64,000 nt of DNA from assembly GCA_045653945.1 (NCBI GenBank), contig JAZOML010000033.1:8798-72797 (forward strand), read 5' to 3'. The notes below the pieces were generated by a model. The model was not told the DNA's origin. It was given only the letters and a program-made list of their open reading frames with translations, and made no database searches. Positions 35,546-44,653 of this stretch are shown here, piece by piece. Each line of letters begins with the position of its first letter. The stretch's first letter is position 1. A program made the translations under genes and the position numbers. The DNA comes from Eubacteriales bacterium (GTDB lineage Bacteria; Bacillota; Clostridia; Oscillospirales; CAG-272).

Positions 35546-37054
35546 ATGAAAGCAAAGCTTATAGTAAACAAAAATTATGAGATAGGGAAAATAGATGATA
35601 GAATATACGGTTCGTTTATCGAGCACCTCGGCAGAGCCGTTTACAGCGGCATTTATGAGCCGACGCACGAAAGCGCAGACGATATGGGCTTCAGGGGTGA
35701 CGTTATTGATATGGTAAAGCAGCTTAACGTCCCGATAGTGCGTTATCCCGGTGGTAACTTTGTGTCAGGCTACGAATGGGAAGACGGAACGGGAGATAAA
35801 ACAAAGCGCCCGAAGCGTGCCGAGCTTGCTTGGGGTACAGTTGAAACTAACGAGGTCGGAATTGATGAATTTCAGGAGTGGGCAAGGCGTGCTAATTCCG
35901 AGGTAATGATGGCGGTAAACCTTGGCACAAGAGGACCTGCCGACGCCCAGCATCTGCTTGAATACTGTAACCTTAATACCGATACGAAATATGCAAAAAT
36001 GCGTAAGGAAAACGGATTTGAAAAACCTTTTGGTATAAAAACGTGGTGTCTTGGTAACGAAATGGACGGACCGTGGCAGATATGCGGCAAAACCGCCGAG
36101 GAGTATGGCAGAATAGCCTGTGAAACGGCGAAAATTATGAAATTCACCGACCCGTCTATTGAACTTGTTGCATGTGGAAGCTCATTTCTCGAAATGCCGA
36201 CCTTTGGGGATTGGGAGCTGACGGTTCTTGAGCATACCTACGATTACGTTGATTATATTTCAATGCATCAATATTACCGAAATACAAAAAACAACGCCCC
36301 CGAATTTCTCGGCAAAAGCGTTATTATGAACAGATTTATAAAGGACGTTGCCTCGCTCTGTGATGCCGTTAAAGCAAAAAAACACTCAGATAAGACGATA
36401 AATATTTCGTTTGACGAGTGGAACGTATGGTATCACGTTCCTACAGCCGAAAAGGATGCGCAGGGCAATGAAATTGAGCGTTGGTCGGTAGCACCGCATC
36501 AGCTTGAGGATATTTATACCTTTGAGGACGCTCTTGTTGTCGGTACACTTCTTATGACCTTGCAAAACAATTGCGACAGAGTTAAGATGGCTTGTCTTGC
36601 ACAGCTTGTAAACGTCATTGCACCCATAATGACCGAAAACGGCGGTAAGGCTTGGGCGCAAAGCATTTTCTATCCATTTATGTACGGTTCTATTAACGGA
36701 AGAGGCGCAGCTATGCGTATAATTAAGGAATGTGATAGCTATAAAACAAGCTACGCAGACGTGCCGTACCTTGAAAGCTCGGTAATACATAATGCTGAAA
36801 AAAGGACGTTAACTGTATTTGCGGTCAACCGCTCACTTGATGAGGATATGAGCCTTGACCTTAATTTTGAAAGCTTTGGTGATTGCAAAATAACGGAGCA
36901 TATAGAGCTTTATCACGATGACCTTAAATCCACGAATAGCGCAGAAAAGCAATCCATCGCACCCGCAAAGCGTGAAATACCCGATGTGTCATCGCAAAAC
37001 CACAGTGTTTTACTTAAGAAGCATTCTTATAACGTAATTAAATTCACCTATTAA
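35546..37054 (+). CDS. abfA: Alpha-L-arabinofuranosidase, glycoside hydrolase family 51
   Basis: YGSFIEHLGRAVYSGIYEP, RYPGGNFVSGYEWEDG, WCLGNEMDG (acid/base Glu) and SFDEWNVW (nucleophile Glu). Confidence 0.9.
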   Translation: MKAKLIVNKNYEIGKIDDRIYGSFIEHLGRAVYSGIYEPTHESADDMGFRGDVIDMVKQLNVPIVRYPGGNFVSGYEWEDGTGDKTKRPKRAELAWGTVETNEVGIDEFQEWARRANSEVMMAVNLGTRGPADAQHLLEYCNLNTDTKYAKMRKENGFEKPFGIKTWCLGNEMDGPWQICGKTAEEYGRIACETAKIMKFTDPSIELVACGSSFLEMPTFGDWELTVLEHTYDYVDYISMHQYYRNTKNNAPEFLGKSVIMNRFIKDVASLCDAVKAKKHSDKTINISFDEWNVWYHVPTAEKDAQGNEIERWSVAPHQLEDIYTFEDALVVGTLLMTLQNNCDRVKMACLAQLVNVIAPIMTENGGKAWAQSIFYPFMYGSINGRGAAMRIIKECDSYKTSYADVPYLESSVIHNAEKRTLTVFAVNRSLDEDMSLDLNFESFGDCKITEHIELYHDDLKSTNSAEKQSIAPAKREIPDVSSQNHSVLLKKHSYNVIKFTY

Positions 37055-37057
37055 AAT

Positions 37058-37096
37058 AAAAATGGGCAGAGCTAAAATTAAGCTCTGCCCGTTTTT
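37058..37096. terminator. Bidirectional terminator between abfA and the ABC ATPase gene
   Basis: GGGCAGAGC-taaaatta-GCTCTGCCC flanked by an A-run and a T-run. Confidence 0.7.
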
Positions 37097-37101
37097 GTAA
37101 A

Positions 37102-37920
37102 TTATAAATTTGTTTTTCCGAGGAATGCCTGAAGTATTGGGCTTTTTGGATTGCCGAAAACCTCGTCCGGCGTACCTGCTTCTTCGATTACTCCGTTTGC
37201 CATAAAGATTACCTTATCTGCAACGTGTGCGGCAAATTCCATCTCGTGGGTTACGACTATCATTGTGCTGTCGCTCGATTTCAGACCTCTGATTACGTTA
37301 AGAACCTCGCCCGTAAGCTCGGGGTCAAGAGCCGAGGTTGGCTCGTCAAAGCACAGTATATCGGGAGTAAGAGCAAGAGCTCTTGCAATAGCGGCTCTCT
37401 GCTGCTGACCGCCCGAAAGCTGACAGGGATAAAATCCCGCCTTTTCGGTAAGTCCAACCTTTTCAAGCAAAGCCATTGCCTTTTCGTTGAACTCGTCCTT
37501 TACCGCCGCCTTTTTTTCCTTGTACTCGGCCTTGGTGATTTCCTTTGCCTTATACTGCTTTTTTAATTCGTCATAACGGAGCAGCTTTGCGGCGAGAGTT
37601 AAATTATCAAGCACCGTGTACTGCGGAAAGAGATTGAACTGCTGGAATACAAGCCCGAAATGAAGCCTGCGAAGACGCTTTTCGCTGTCGCTTAAATTCT
37701 TGTTTTCCTCGGCATCAAAATAGGTTTTTCCGTCTACGGTTATAGTACCCGTATCGGGAGTTTCAAGATAGTTAAGACAACGCAGAAGCGTCGTTTTACC
37801 GCTACCCGATGAGCCGATTATGGCAAGGACCTCACCCTTTTCAAGAGTGAAATTTATACCCTTTAAAACCTCGGTATTATCAAAGCTTTTAAATATGTTT
37901 TGTACTTCAAGAAATGCCAT
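37102..37920 (-). CDS. Amino acid ABC transporter ATP-binding protein
   Basis: Walker A GSSGSGKTT, Q-loop, signature LSGGQQQR, Walker B LCFDEPTSALD and H-loop. A lysine-rich helical insert of about 25 aa precedes the signature motif. Confidence 0.9.
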   Translation of the reverse strand: MAFLEVQNIFKSFDNTEVLKGINFTLEKGEVLAIIGSSGSGKTTLLRCLNYLETPDTGTITVDGKTYFDAEENKNLSDSEKRLRRLHFGLVFQQFNLFPQYTVLDNLTLAAKLLRYDELKKQYKAKEITKAEYKEKKAAVKDEFNEKAMALLEKVGLTEKAGFYPCQLSGGQQQRAAIARALALTPDILCFDEPTSALDPELTGEVLNVIRGLKSSDSTMIVVTHEMEFAAHVADKVIFMANGVIEEAGTPDEVFGNPKSPILQAFLGKTNL

Positions 37921-37968
37921 TAAAATATCTCCGTTTTAAGGGACTGCCACAGACAGTCCCTTATGTTT

Positions 37969-38613
37969 TTAAATTTTGTAGTAGCTTTGCTTTTTTTCAA
38001 GATATCCAAAGAGAAGTGTGAGAGCACCGACAAATATTAGATAGAATACCGCTGTGTAGAAGAGCGGCCATATCATAGCCTGTCCTGCAAGAAGTAGCTC
38101 CGCCTTTTTTATGACTTCGACAACCATAATAACACGAGCAAGAGCGGTATCCTTTACAAGCGTGATAATTTCGTTGCCCATAGGGGGAATTATGCGCTTG
38201 AATACCTGTTGAAGCGTTACTCTTGTGAATATTTGGAATTTTGTCATCCCAAGGACAAGTCCCGCCTCGGTTTGACCTATCGGAACTGCCTCGATACCAG
38301 CTCTGAAAATTTCAGAAAAATAGCAGGCGTAATTTATAATGAAGGCTACAAGAGCAGCGGGAAAACGGTCAAGTGAGCTAAGACCTATAAATCCCGGCAC
38401 GTAGAATACAATAAATACCTGAAGCATCAGCGGAACACCGCGAATAATCCAAACAAAGACCTTTACCGCATAGCTTATCGGCTTAATTTTGGACATTGAG
38501 CCAAATGAAATAATAAGACCGAGTGGCAAAGCGAATACAAGCGTGAATAAGAAAAGCTCACAGGTAGTAGCAAAGCCTTCAAGAAGATATAGTGTTACGT
38601 CAATAAAGGACAT
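37969..38613 (-). CDS. Amino acid ABC transporter permease (His/Glu/Gln/Arg/opine family)
   Basis: Five TM helices and an EAA-like loop (IEAVPIGQTEAGLVLGM). Confidence 0.85.
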   Translation of the reverse strand: MSFIDVTLYLLEGFATTCELFLFTLVFALPLGLIISFGSMSKIKPISYAVKVFVWIIRGVPLMLQVFIVFYVPGFIGLSSLDRFPAALVAFIINYACYFSEIFRAGIEAVPIGQTEAGLVLGMTKFQIFTRVTLQQVFKRIIPPMGNEIITLVKDTALARVIMVVEVIKKAELLLAGQAMIWPLFYTAVFYLIFVGALTLLFGYLEKKQSYYKI

Positions 38614-39452
38614 TATTTTGCGGTTTTCTTAGCGAGAAGAGATGCGGTGATGGTTACGTCATACTTAGTAGCGAGTGCTTCAAGCTTACCGTTGTTGAGG
38701 AGAACAAGGATAGCATCGTTAACCTTTTCAGCAAAGTCGCTGTTCTTTCTGAAGCCAACGGAGTACTCCTCGGTTTCAATTTGAATAGCGCTTGCCTTTA
38801 CAAGATCGGGATAAGCACTTGTTCCGCACTTTTCATTTGCGAGAAGAACGTCAACAACGATAAAGTCAACCTTACCTGCCTGAAGCTCGGTAAATGCATC
38901 AATCTGAGATGTAACAGGGAACTGCTTGTTTTCGTCAGTTACAACGGAGGTTGCAAAGGTTGCGCCTGCGGAGCCTGCCTCATAAGCTACCTTTTTGCCT
39001 GCAAGAGCGTCCTTTGAGGTGAAGCTTGCGAGGTCGCCGTTTCTTACAACTACGCACTGTGCGTTGTCAAGATATGCGTAAGAGAAGGTAACCTTGTCGG
39101 AACGCTGAATTCCGTCATCGTCTGCGCAGTTGGAGGTGAAACCGTTCCAGAGGCAGTCTACCTTGTTACCGTTGAGTTCAAGGTACTTGTTGCCCCACTC
39201 AATAATTTGGAATTTTACCTCAACCCCGAGAACCTCAGCAACAAGCTGAGCAAACTCGGTATCAAATCCGGTGAGGGTTGTGCCGTCCTCTGCATAGTAG
39301 TTCATAGGCTCGTAAATGGTCATACCAACGGTAAAGTAACCGTTCTGTTCAATAACCTTCCAGTCCTCAACAACGGGGTCGCCACAGGAAACCATCGCAA
39401 ATGCGCTAACACACATAAGAAGCGCAAGAGCGAGTGCCAAAATCTTTTTCAT
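38613..39452 (-). CDS. Amino acid ABC transporter substrate-binding lipoprotein
   Basis: I prefer ATG 39452 (GGAGAA Shine-Dalgarno), giving MKKILALALALLMCVSAFAMVSCG with a lipobox. Type 2 periplasmic-binding fold pattern. Confidence 0.85.
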   Translation of the reverse strand: MKKILALALALLMCVSAFAMVSCGDPVVEDWKVIEQNGYFTVGMTIYEPMNYYAEDGTTLTGFDTEFAQLVAEVLGVEVKFQIIEWGNKYLELNGNKVDCLWNGFTSNCADDDGIQRSDKVTFSYAYLDNAQCVVVRNGDLASFTSKDALAGKKVAYEAGSAGATFATSVVTDENKQFPVTSQIDAFTELQAGKVDFIVVDVLLANEKCGTSAYPDLVKASAIQIETEEYSVGFRKNSDFAEKVNDAILVLLNNGKLEALATKYDVTITASLLAKKTAK

Positions 39453-39628
39453 AATTTTTTCTCCTTTGAAAAATAAAAAATATTCCGTCAATCTTTTTGG
39501 GATACTCAACTCGTTTTGGATGTCCCTTAAAAGCACTGACAACTTATTATAGCAATAATATTATAAAAAGTCAAGTGTTTTGCAAAAATATACGGTGTGT
39601 ATTCATTTTTGCTAACTAGGGGTTAGAT

Positions 39629-40459
39629 TTAAATTTTAAACCGCCTTGCATAAGAGCATTTGCGGCAAAGCTCCTCGGTTGCTTTTTTGCACTGGAAGCC
39701 GTTTTTGATTGCAAGGGCTCTTTTACTGCTCAGGATATCCTCAATTTCATCATCAAAAATATTGCCTAAAGCGATATCGCCCTCGTGGTCAAGACAGCAG
39801 GGAACAACCGTTCCGTCGCATAGTACCCCGAAATGGTCATTAAGCCCTTGACAAAATACCTTTTCGCCAAAATTCTCGGCGCTCATATCGGGCCAAACGA
39901 AACGGTCTGCGTATTCAAGATGTAATTTCGAGCGAAGCCTTGCGCCTCTTTGTGAGGTCTGCTCGGGCGCGCCGAAGCGCTCCGAAATCAAACGCTCCGT
40001 CATCTCGTTTTTAGTATCACTGACACCGCCGTTCCAAAGACGGAGAACAACAAGTACGCCGCTTTTTGACGCCTTGTCCGCAAAATCAAGGCAGGCGTCT
40101 ATGTATTTTTTGTGTTCCTCATTGCTTCCGTCCTCAAAGGAGTGGAGTGAAATGTTGACTTTGTAAACACCGCTTGCAATAAGCTCGTCGCCTCGTTTTT
40201 CAAGAATCGAACCGTTTGTGGTAACGGCACTTTTAAAGCCCATAGCGTTAGCAATCTCGATAAATCTCGGAAGGAGTGGGTGAGTAAGCGGCTCACCCAT
40301 AACGTGATAGTAGATATAATTAGTTACACCCTTTATCTTTGTCGCAATTTCGGTAAATTCCGCCTCGCTCATAAGCCTCGGCACACGCCTTGTTTTCGGA
40401 CAAAAGGAGCAGCTTTTGTTACATATATTCGTAATTTCAACGTAAGCTCTGGAATACAT
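39629..40459 (-). CDS. Radical SAM protein with a Cys-rich SPASM-like C-terminal domain
   Basis: CNKSCSFCP is a CxxxCxxC cluster. A C-terminal CxxxxxCC...C...CxxC cysteine set is present. Monocistronic, with no adjacent precursor peptide seen. Confidence 0.75.
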   Translation of the reverse strand: MYSRAYVEITNICNKSCSFCPKTRRVPRLMSEAEFTEIATKIKGVTNYIYYHVMGEPLTHPLLPRFIEIANAMGFKSAVTTNGSILEKRGDELIASGVYKVNISLHSFEDGSNEEHKKYIDACLDFADKASKSGVLVVLRLWNGGVSDTKNEMTERLISERFGAPEQTSQRGARLRSKLHLEYADRFVWPDMSAENFGEKVFCQGLNDHFGVLCDGTVVPCCLDHEGDIALGNIFDDEIEDILSSKRALAIKNGFQCKKATEELCRKCSYARRFKI

Positions 40460-40632
40460 ATTTTTGCTCCTTTCTTTTTTTAAAATTTTATCACAAAAGC
40501 CCTATTTTGTCAACCAAATAATAAAAAATGCTTAAATATATAATATTTCTATTGACAAAATACGCAAGCAACTGTATAATTTAAGAGTAAAAATATTTTT
40601 AAAGCATTTTAATTGAAATAAAGGATAAAGCT

Positions 40633-42726
40633 ATGATAAACGTACCCGAAATGTTTGGAAATATGGTGTTCAGCGACACCGTTATGAGAGAAAGACTGCC
40701 AAAAGAGGTCTATAAATCTCTGATTAAAACTATTGAGAGAGGTAAGGCTATTGACCCCTCTATTTCCGACTGCGTTGCTGCCGCAATGAAGGACTGGGCA
40801 ATAGAGAAGGGCGCAACTCACTATACCCATTGGTTTCAACCCTTAACGGGCTTTACCGCAGAAAAGCACGATGCTTTCATTACCCCCGTTGGTAACTGCA
40901 AGGTAATAATGGAATTTTCGGGCAAGGAGCTTATCAAGGGCGAATCCGACGCTTCCTCGTTCCCCTCGGGTGGACTTCGCGCAACCTTTGAGGCAAGAGG
41001 GTATACCGCTTGGGACCCCGCTTCATACGCATTCGTAAAGGACGGCTCGCTCTATATTCCCACCGCATTTTGCTCCTATAACGGCGAGGCTCTTGACTCC
41101 AAAACACCGCTTCTTCGCTCAATGGACACGGTAAGTGAGCAAATGATAAGAATACTCCGCCTTTTCGGTGATGACACTACAAAGCGTGTCTACTGTACCG
41201 TCGGAGCAGAGCAGGAATACTTCCTTATTGACAAGGAGGACTATAAAAAACGTAAGGATATTATATATTCGGGAAGAACGCTTTTCGGCTCAAACGCACC
41301 CAAAGGTCAGGAAATGGAAGACCACTACTTTGGTCGCCTTAAAACAAGAGTAAGCGCATTTATGCACGAGCTTGATACCGAGCTTTGGTCGCTTGGTATT
41401 AACGCAAAAACCAAGCATAACGAGGGCGCACCCGCACAGCACGAGCTTGCGCCAATGTTCACAACGGCAAACCTTGCCGTTGACCAAAACGTCCTTATCA
41501 TGGACTGTATGAAGAAGATAGCGGAAAAGCACGGACTCGTTTGCCTGCTCCACGAAAAGCCCTTTAAGGGCGTAAACGGCTCGGGTAAGCACGATAACTG
41601 GTCGCTTTCCACCGATACCGGCAAAAACCTTATGAAGCCGGGTAAAACTCCCGAAGAAAACGCACAGTTTATGCTTATTTTAGCGGCAACGGTAAGAGCG
41701 GTTGACGAATACGCTGACCTGCTTCGTATGTCGGTAGCATCGGCAGGAAACGACCACCGACTCGGTGCAAACGAAGCTCCCCCCGCAATTATTTCTATGT
41801 TTGTTGGCGACGAGCTTGAAGCGATAATCGACTCGATAGTTGATGGCACAGCATATAAAAAGGTACAGGGCGCGCAGATGAACCTCGGCGTTCCCTCACT
41901 GCCCACCTTCCAAAAGGATAACACCGACAGAAACCGTACCTCTCCGTTTGCATTTACGGGTAACAAATTTGAATTCCGTATGCCGGGCTCAAGCCAAAAC
42001 GTGGCGTTCCCCAACGTAGTTTTAAATACTGCTATGGCTCAGGTGCTTTTTGAAATGGCAAACGAGCTTGAAAAGGCAAAGGACTTTGATGCGGCAGTAA
42101 AAAAGATAATCAAGGATACCTTGACCGCTCATAAGAGGGTAATTTTCAATGGCAACGGCTACTCTGACGAGTGGGAAAAGGAAGCGGCAAGACGCGGACT
42201 TCCCAATATGAAAAAGTCGGTTGACGCCTTTGCCTGCCTTACGGCTGAGAAGAACGTAAAGCTCTTTGAGGCAAGGGGCGTTATGAGCCGCTCCGAGCTT
42301 TATTCCCGTCAGGAAATCTACTATGAAAACTACGCCAAAACCCTCAATATCGAGGCAAGAGCGATGCTTGAAATGGCTCGCCGCGACTTTATCCCTGCGG
42401 TTGAAAAATACCTCTCGCTCCTTGCAAAAACGGCGAAAAATAAACTCGCAATCGCACCCGAAATGTGCGTAACCGTTGAAAAGAGCCTTATAAATAAGCT
42501 CTCAACCTATACCGCCGAAGCGCTTGAAATTTCGGATAGACTTGAAGCACTTGCTTATGAGATAAGAAAAATGCCAAGAGGCGAGGCACAGGCAAGACGC
42601 TACTGCTACGAAATTATTCCTATGATGGACGAGCTTCGTGAAAGAGTTGACAATATGGAACGCTACACCGACGCATCGGTCTGGCCCGTTCCTACCTACG
42701 GTCAGCTGACGTATTACGTTGACTAA
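40633..42726 (+). CDS. glnN: Glutamine synthetase type III
   Basis: 697 aa. N-terminal FGNMVFSDTVMRERLPKEVY, typical of GSIII. Catalytic region with HNEGAPAQHELAP and GSGKHDNWS. Confidence 0.9.
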   Translation: MINVPEMFGNMVFSDTVMRERLPKEVYKSLIKTIERGKAIDPSISDCVAAAMKDWAIEKGATHYTHWFQPLTGFTAEKHDAFITPVGNCKVIMEFSGKELIKGESDASSFPSGGLRATFEARGYTAWDPASYAFVKDGSLYIPTAFCSYNGEALDSKTPLLRSMDTVSEQMIRILRLFGDDTTKRVYCTVGAEQEYFLIDKEDYKKRKDIIYSGRTLFGSNAPKGQEMEDHYFGRLKTRVSAFMHELDTELWSLGINAKTKHNEGAPAQHELAPMFTTANLAVDQNVLIMDCMKKIAEKHGLVCLLHEKPFKGVNGSGKHDNWSLSTDTGKNLMKPGKTPEENAQFMLILAATVRAVDEYADLLRMSVASAGNDHRLGANEAPPAIISMFVGDELEAIIDSIVDGTAYKKVQGAQMNLGVPSLPTFQKDNTDRNRTSPFAFTGNKFEFRMPGSSQNVAFPNVVLNTAMAQVLFEMANELEKAKDFDAAVKKIIKDTLTAHKRVIFNGNGYSDEWEKEAARRGLPNMKKSVDAFACLTAEKNVKLFEARGVMSRSELYSRQEIYYENYAKTLNIEARAMLEMARRDFIPAVEKYLSLLAKTAKNKLAIAPEMCVTVEKSLINKLSTYTAEALEISDRLEALAYEIRKMPRGEAQARRYCYEIIPMMDELRERVDNMERYTDASVWPVPTYGQLTYYVD

Positions 42727-42760
42727 CAAAAAATGCAGAGCAAAACGCTCTGCATTTTTT
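42727..42760. terminator. Bidirectional terminator between glnN and smpB
   Basis: AAAAAATGCAGAGC-aaaac-GCTCTGCATTTTTT. Confidence 0.7.
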
Positions 42761-43235
42761 AATAATCGCCTCTGTTACTTGTTTTATGATACCTTTCAAT
42801 ATCCCTGTTAGCCTGCTTTTTGGCATCGTCATCACGCTTGTCGTAAAGCTTTTTGCCTCGGCAAAGACCGAGCTGTACCTTGACGTGCGAGCCGCTGAAA
42901 TAAAGCGAAAGAGGAATAAGAGTAAATCCCTTCTGACTTACAAGACCGTGAAGCTTCATAATCTCCCGCTTGTGCATAAGCAACTTTTTCTGACGGAGCG
43001 GATCACGGTTGCAAATGTTACCCTTTTCGTAAGGACTTATGTGAATGCCCGAAGCCCAAAGCTCGCCACCCTCGATATAACAGTACGAATCCTTTAAATT
43101 GACCGTGCCTGCACGGACGCTCTTTACCTCGGTGCCGAATAAAGCGATACCGGCTTCATAAGTTTCGTCAACGAAAAAATCGTGATATGCTTTTTTGTTT
43201 TGTGCAATTATCTTTTTACCCTTGCTCTCAGCCAT
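42759..43235 (-). CDS. smpB: SsrA-binding protein
   Basis: IAQNKKAYHDF, GTEVKS and LLLHKRE-type (LLMHKREI) motifs, plus a basic C-terminal tail. Confidence 0.95.
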   Translation of the reverse strand: MAESKGKKIIAQNKKAYHDFFVDETYEAGIALFGTEVKSVRAGTVNLKDSYCYIEGGELWASGIHISPYEKGNICNRDPLRQKKLLMHKREIMKLHGLVSQKGFTLIPLSLYFSGSHVKVQLGLCRGKKLYDKRDDDAKKQANRDIERYHKTSNRGDY

Positions 43236-43369
43236 AACGCCTTATCCTTTCTAAAAATCAGTATAATAGAGTATAACACACAAAAAAAACGTTGTCAAGT
43301 CGATAAAAGCCGAAAAATAAAAACTTTTTCAAAAACTGTCCAAAAGCTTGATTTTTTCTTTTAAACACC

Positions 43370-43398
43370 TTGCAAAACGGCAAACAATATGCTATAAT
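43370..43398 (+). promoter_or_regulatory. Sigma-A promoter for tRNA-Arg(CCT)
   Basis: TTGCAA (43370-43375), 17 nt, TATAAT (43393-43398). Confidence 0.65.
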
Positions 43399-43412
43399 AT
43401 ATTGGTAAATAC

Positions 43413-43487
43413 GTCCCCATAGTTAAATGGATATAACAAATCCCTCCTAAGGATTAGTTGTGAGTTCGATTCTCGCTGGGGACGCCA
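43413..43487 (+). tRNA. tRNA-Arg (anticodon CCT), CCA encoded
   Basis: Acceptor GTCCCCA/TGGGGAC, anticodon stem AATCC/GGATT with loop CTCCTAA, T arm GTGAG-TTCGATT-CTCGC. Confidence 0.9.
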
Positions 43488-43490
43488 CAG

Positions 43491-43514
43491 GGCAGTCAAA
43501 TCGACTGCCTTTTT
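43491..43514 (+). terminator. Hairpin terminator after tRNA-Arg(CCT), 17 nt before the GIY-YIG start
   Basis: GGCAGTC-aaatc-GACTGCC followed by TTTTT. Confidence 0.65.
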
Positions 43515-43531
43515 GAGTAAAGAGGTACAAT

Positions 43532-44383
43532 ATGATTAAATTAGCAGAATTTCTTGGTATTCCCAAAAACGAATACAAAAATTATAAAATTCATCTTGCA
43601 GTTGGTGCTCGTGACAGAAAAGAACCGTATAATGTCTTTATATTAGATGTTAATAAGTTCAAGTATTGGCAAGAAGAACAAACTGGGAAAAATTGGAGTA
43701 GAAAATATATCATATCTCTAATATATTATTCGAAAAATTTATGGCTTTTCGGAGGAGTTTATGAGGTTTTAGGGCAACCCGAAAAGTATAAACACCAAAA
43801 GTGGAAAACATATGGTTGGAAATACGAAACAAAGCTTTTGGATATCCAAAGCGACCTTATCGGCAGAGTATTGTTTTATTACAAAAAGGAATATAGAGCA
43901 CAATATCCCAAGCTCGAATTACACGCAAAAAATGGTATGTCACCGTCGGATATTTATGTATCAAGTATATTTGATAAAAAGGTGGCAATTACCGATTTCC
44001 TTGGCTTTGACAATGTAAATATTGATCACGAAACCCTGCGACTCATTGTAAATGATAATATTCAGTCTTGGAAAACGGCACTTTCTAATGTTAAAGGCAT
44101 ATATCTTATTATGGACGAGCTTACGGGCAAACAGTATGTTGGAAGTGCATACGGCGATGACTGTATATGGCAACGCTGGTCGGAATATGCCAAAAACGGA
44201 CACGGCGGAAATGTCGAACTTAAAGAGTTGCTTAAACAGCACGGAGAGGATTATAAATACAATTTTAAGTATTCCGTTCTTGAAATTTGTAATATGAGCC
44301 TTGGCAATGAATACATAATAGCAAGAGAAAACCAATGGAAAGAGGTTTTGATGACAAGAAAGTTTGGCTTAAACAAAAATTAA
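43532..44383 (+). CDS. GIY-YIG nuclease domain protein with an uncharacterised N-terminal domain of about 190 aa
   Basis: The C-terminal part has the GIY ... YVG ... R ... E ... N order of a GIY-YIG fold: KGIYLIMDELTGKQYVGSAYG...WQRWSEY...GHGGN...E...ARENQWKE. AGAGG Shine-Dalgarno. Visibly more AT-rich than the flanking genes. Confidence 0.75.
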   Translation: MIKLAEFLGIPKNEYKNYKIHLAVGARDRKEPYNVFILDVNKFKYWQEEQTGKNWSRKYIISLIYYSKNLWLFGGVYEVLGQPEKYKHQKWKTYGWKYETKLLDIQSDLIGRVLFYYKKEYRAQYPKLELHAKNGMSPSDIYVSSIFDKKVAITDFLGFDNVNIDHETLRLIVNDNIQSWKTALSNVKGIYLIMDELTGKQYVGSAYGDDCIWQRWSEYAKNGHGGNVELKELLKQHGEDYKYNFKYSVLEICNMSLGNEYIIARENQWKEVLMTRKFGLNKN

Positions 44384-44408
44384 AGCAAAGCACCCGCTTT
44401 GCTTTTTT
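44383..44408 (+). terminator. Terminator after the GIY-YIG gene
   Basis: AAAGCAAAGC-accc-GCTTTGCTTTTTT. Confidence 0.75.
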
Positions 44409-44653
44409 CTTTCCCTAAATTTCCCGAAAAGCCTTGATTTTCCTTAATATTTATGATATACTATGGACAGAAAAACTAAGGTATACCCGAAAGGAGAATT
44501 AGCGTGAAGTTAATTTGGTCGAAAGTCTGAAATTTGTTTTTCACGCTATGAATTTCCATAAAAAATTAAACATTTTTTGTTTTGCTCTGCAAAACACTGA
44601 AAATTCGCCAAGTATTGGTGCAGTTGCCTGACGGCAACGGAAAGGAAAGAATT

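Noticed and set aside
41325-42014. 229-aa ORF antisense to type III glutamine synthetase
   Set aside because: It is a shadow ORF inside a gene with unambiguous GSIII motifs. The translation is Ser/Pro/Ala-rich and low-complexity.
42727-43412. Expected tmRNA gene (ssrA) next to smpB
   Set aside because: smpB is flanked by the convergent glnN terminator on one side and by a promoter plus tRNA-Arg(CCT) on the other. No tRNA-Ala-like acceptor/T-arm pair or tag-peptide reading frame is visible, so ssrA must lie elsewhere.
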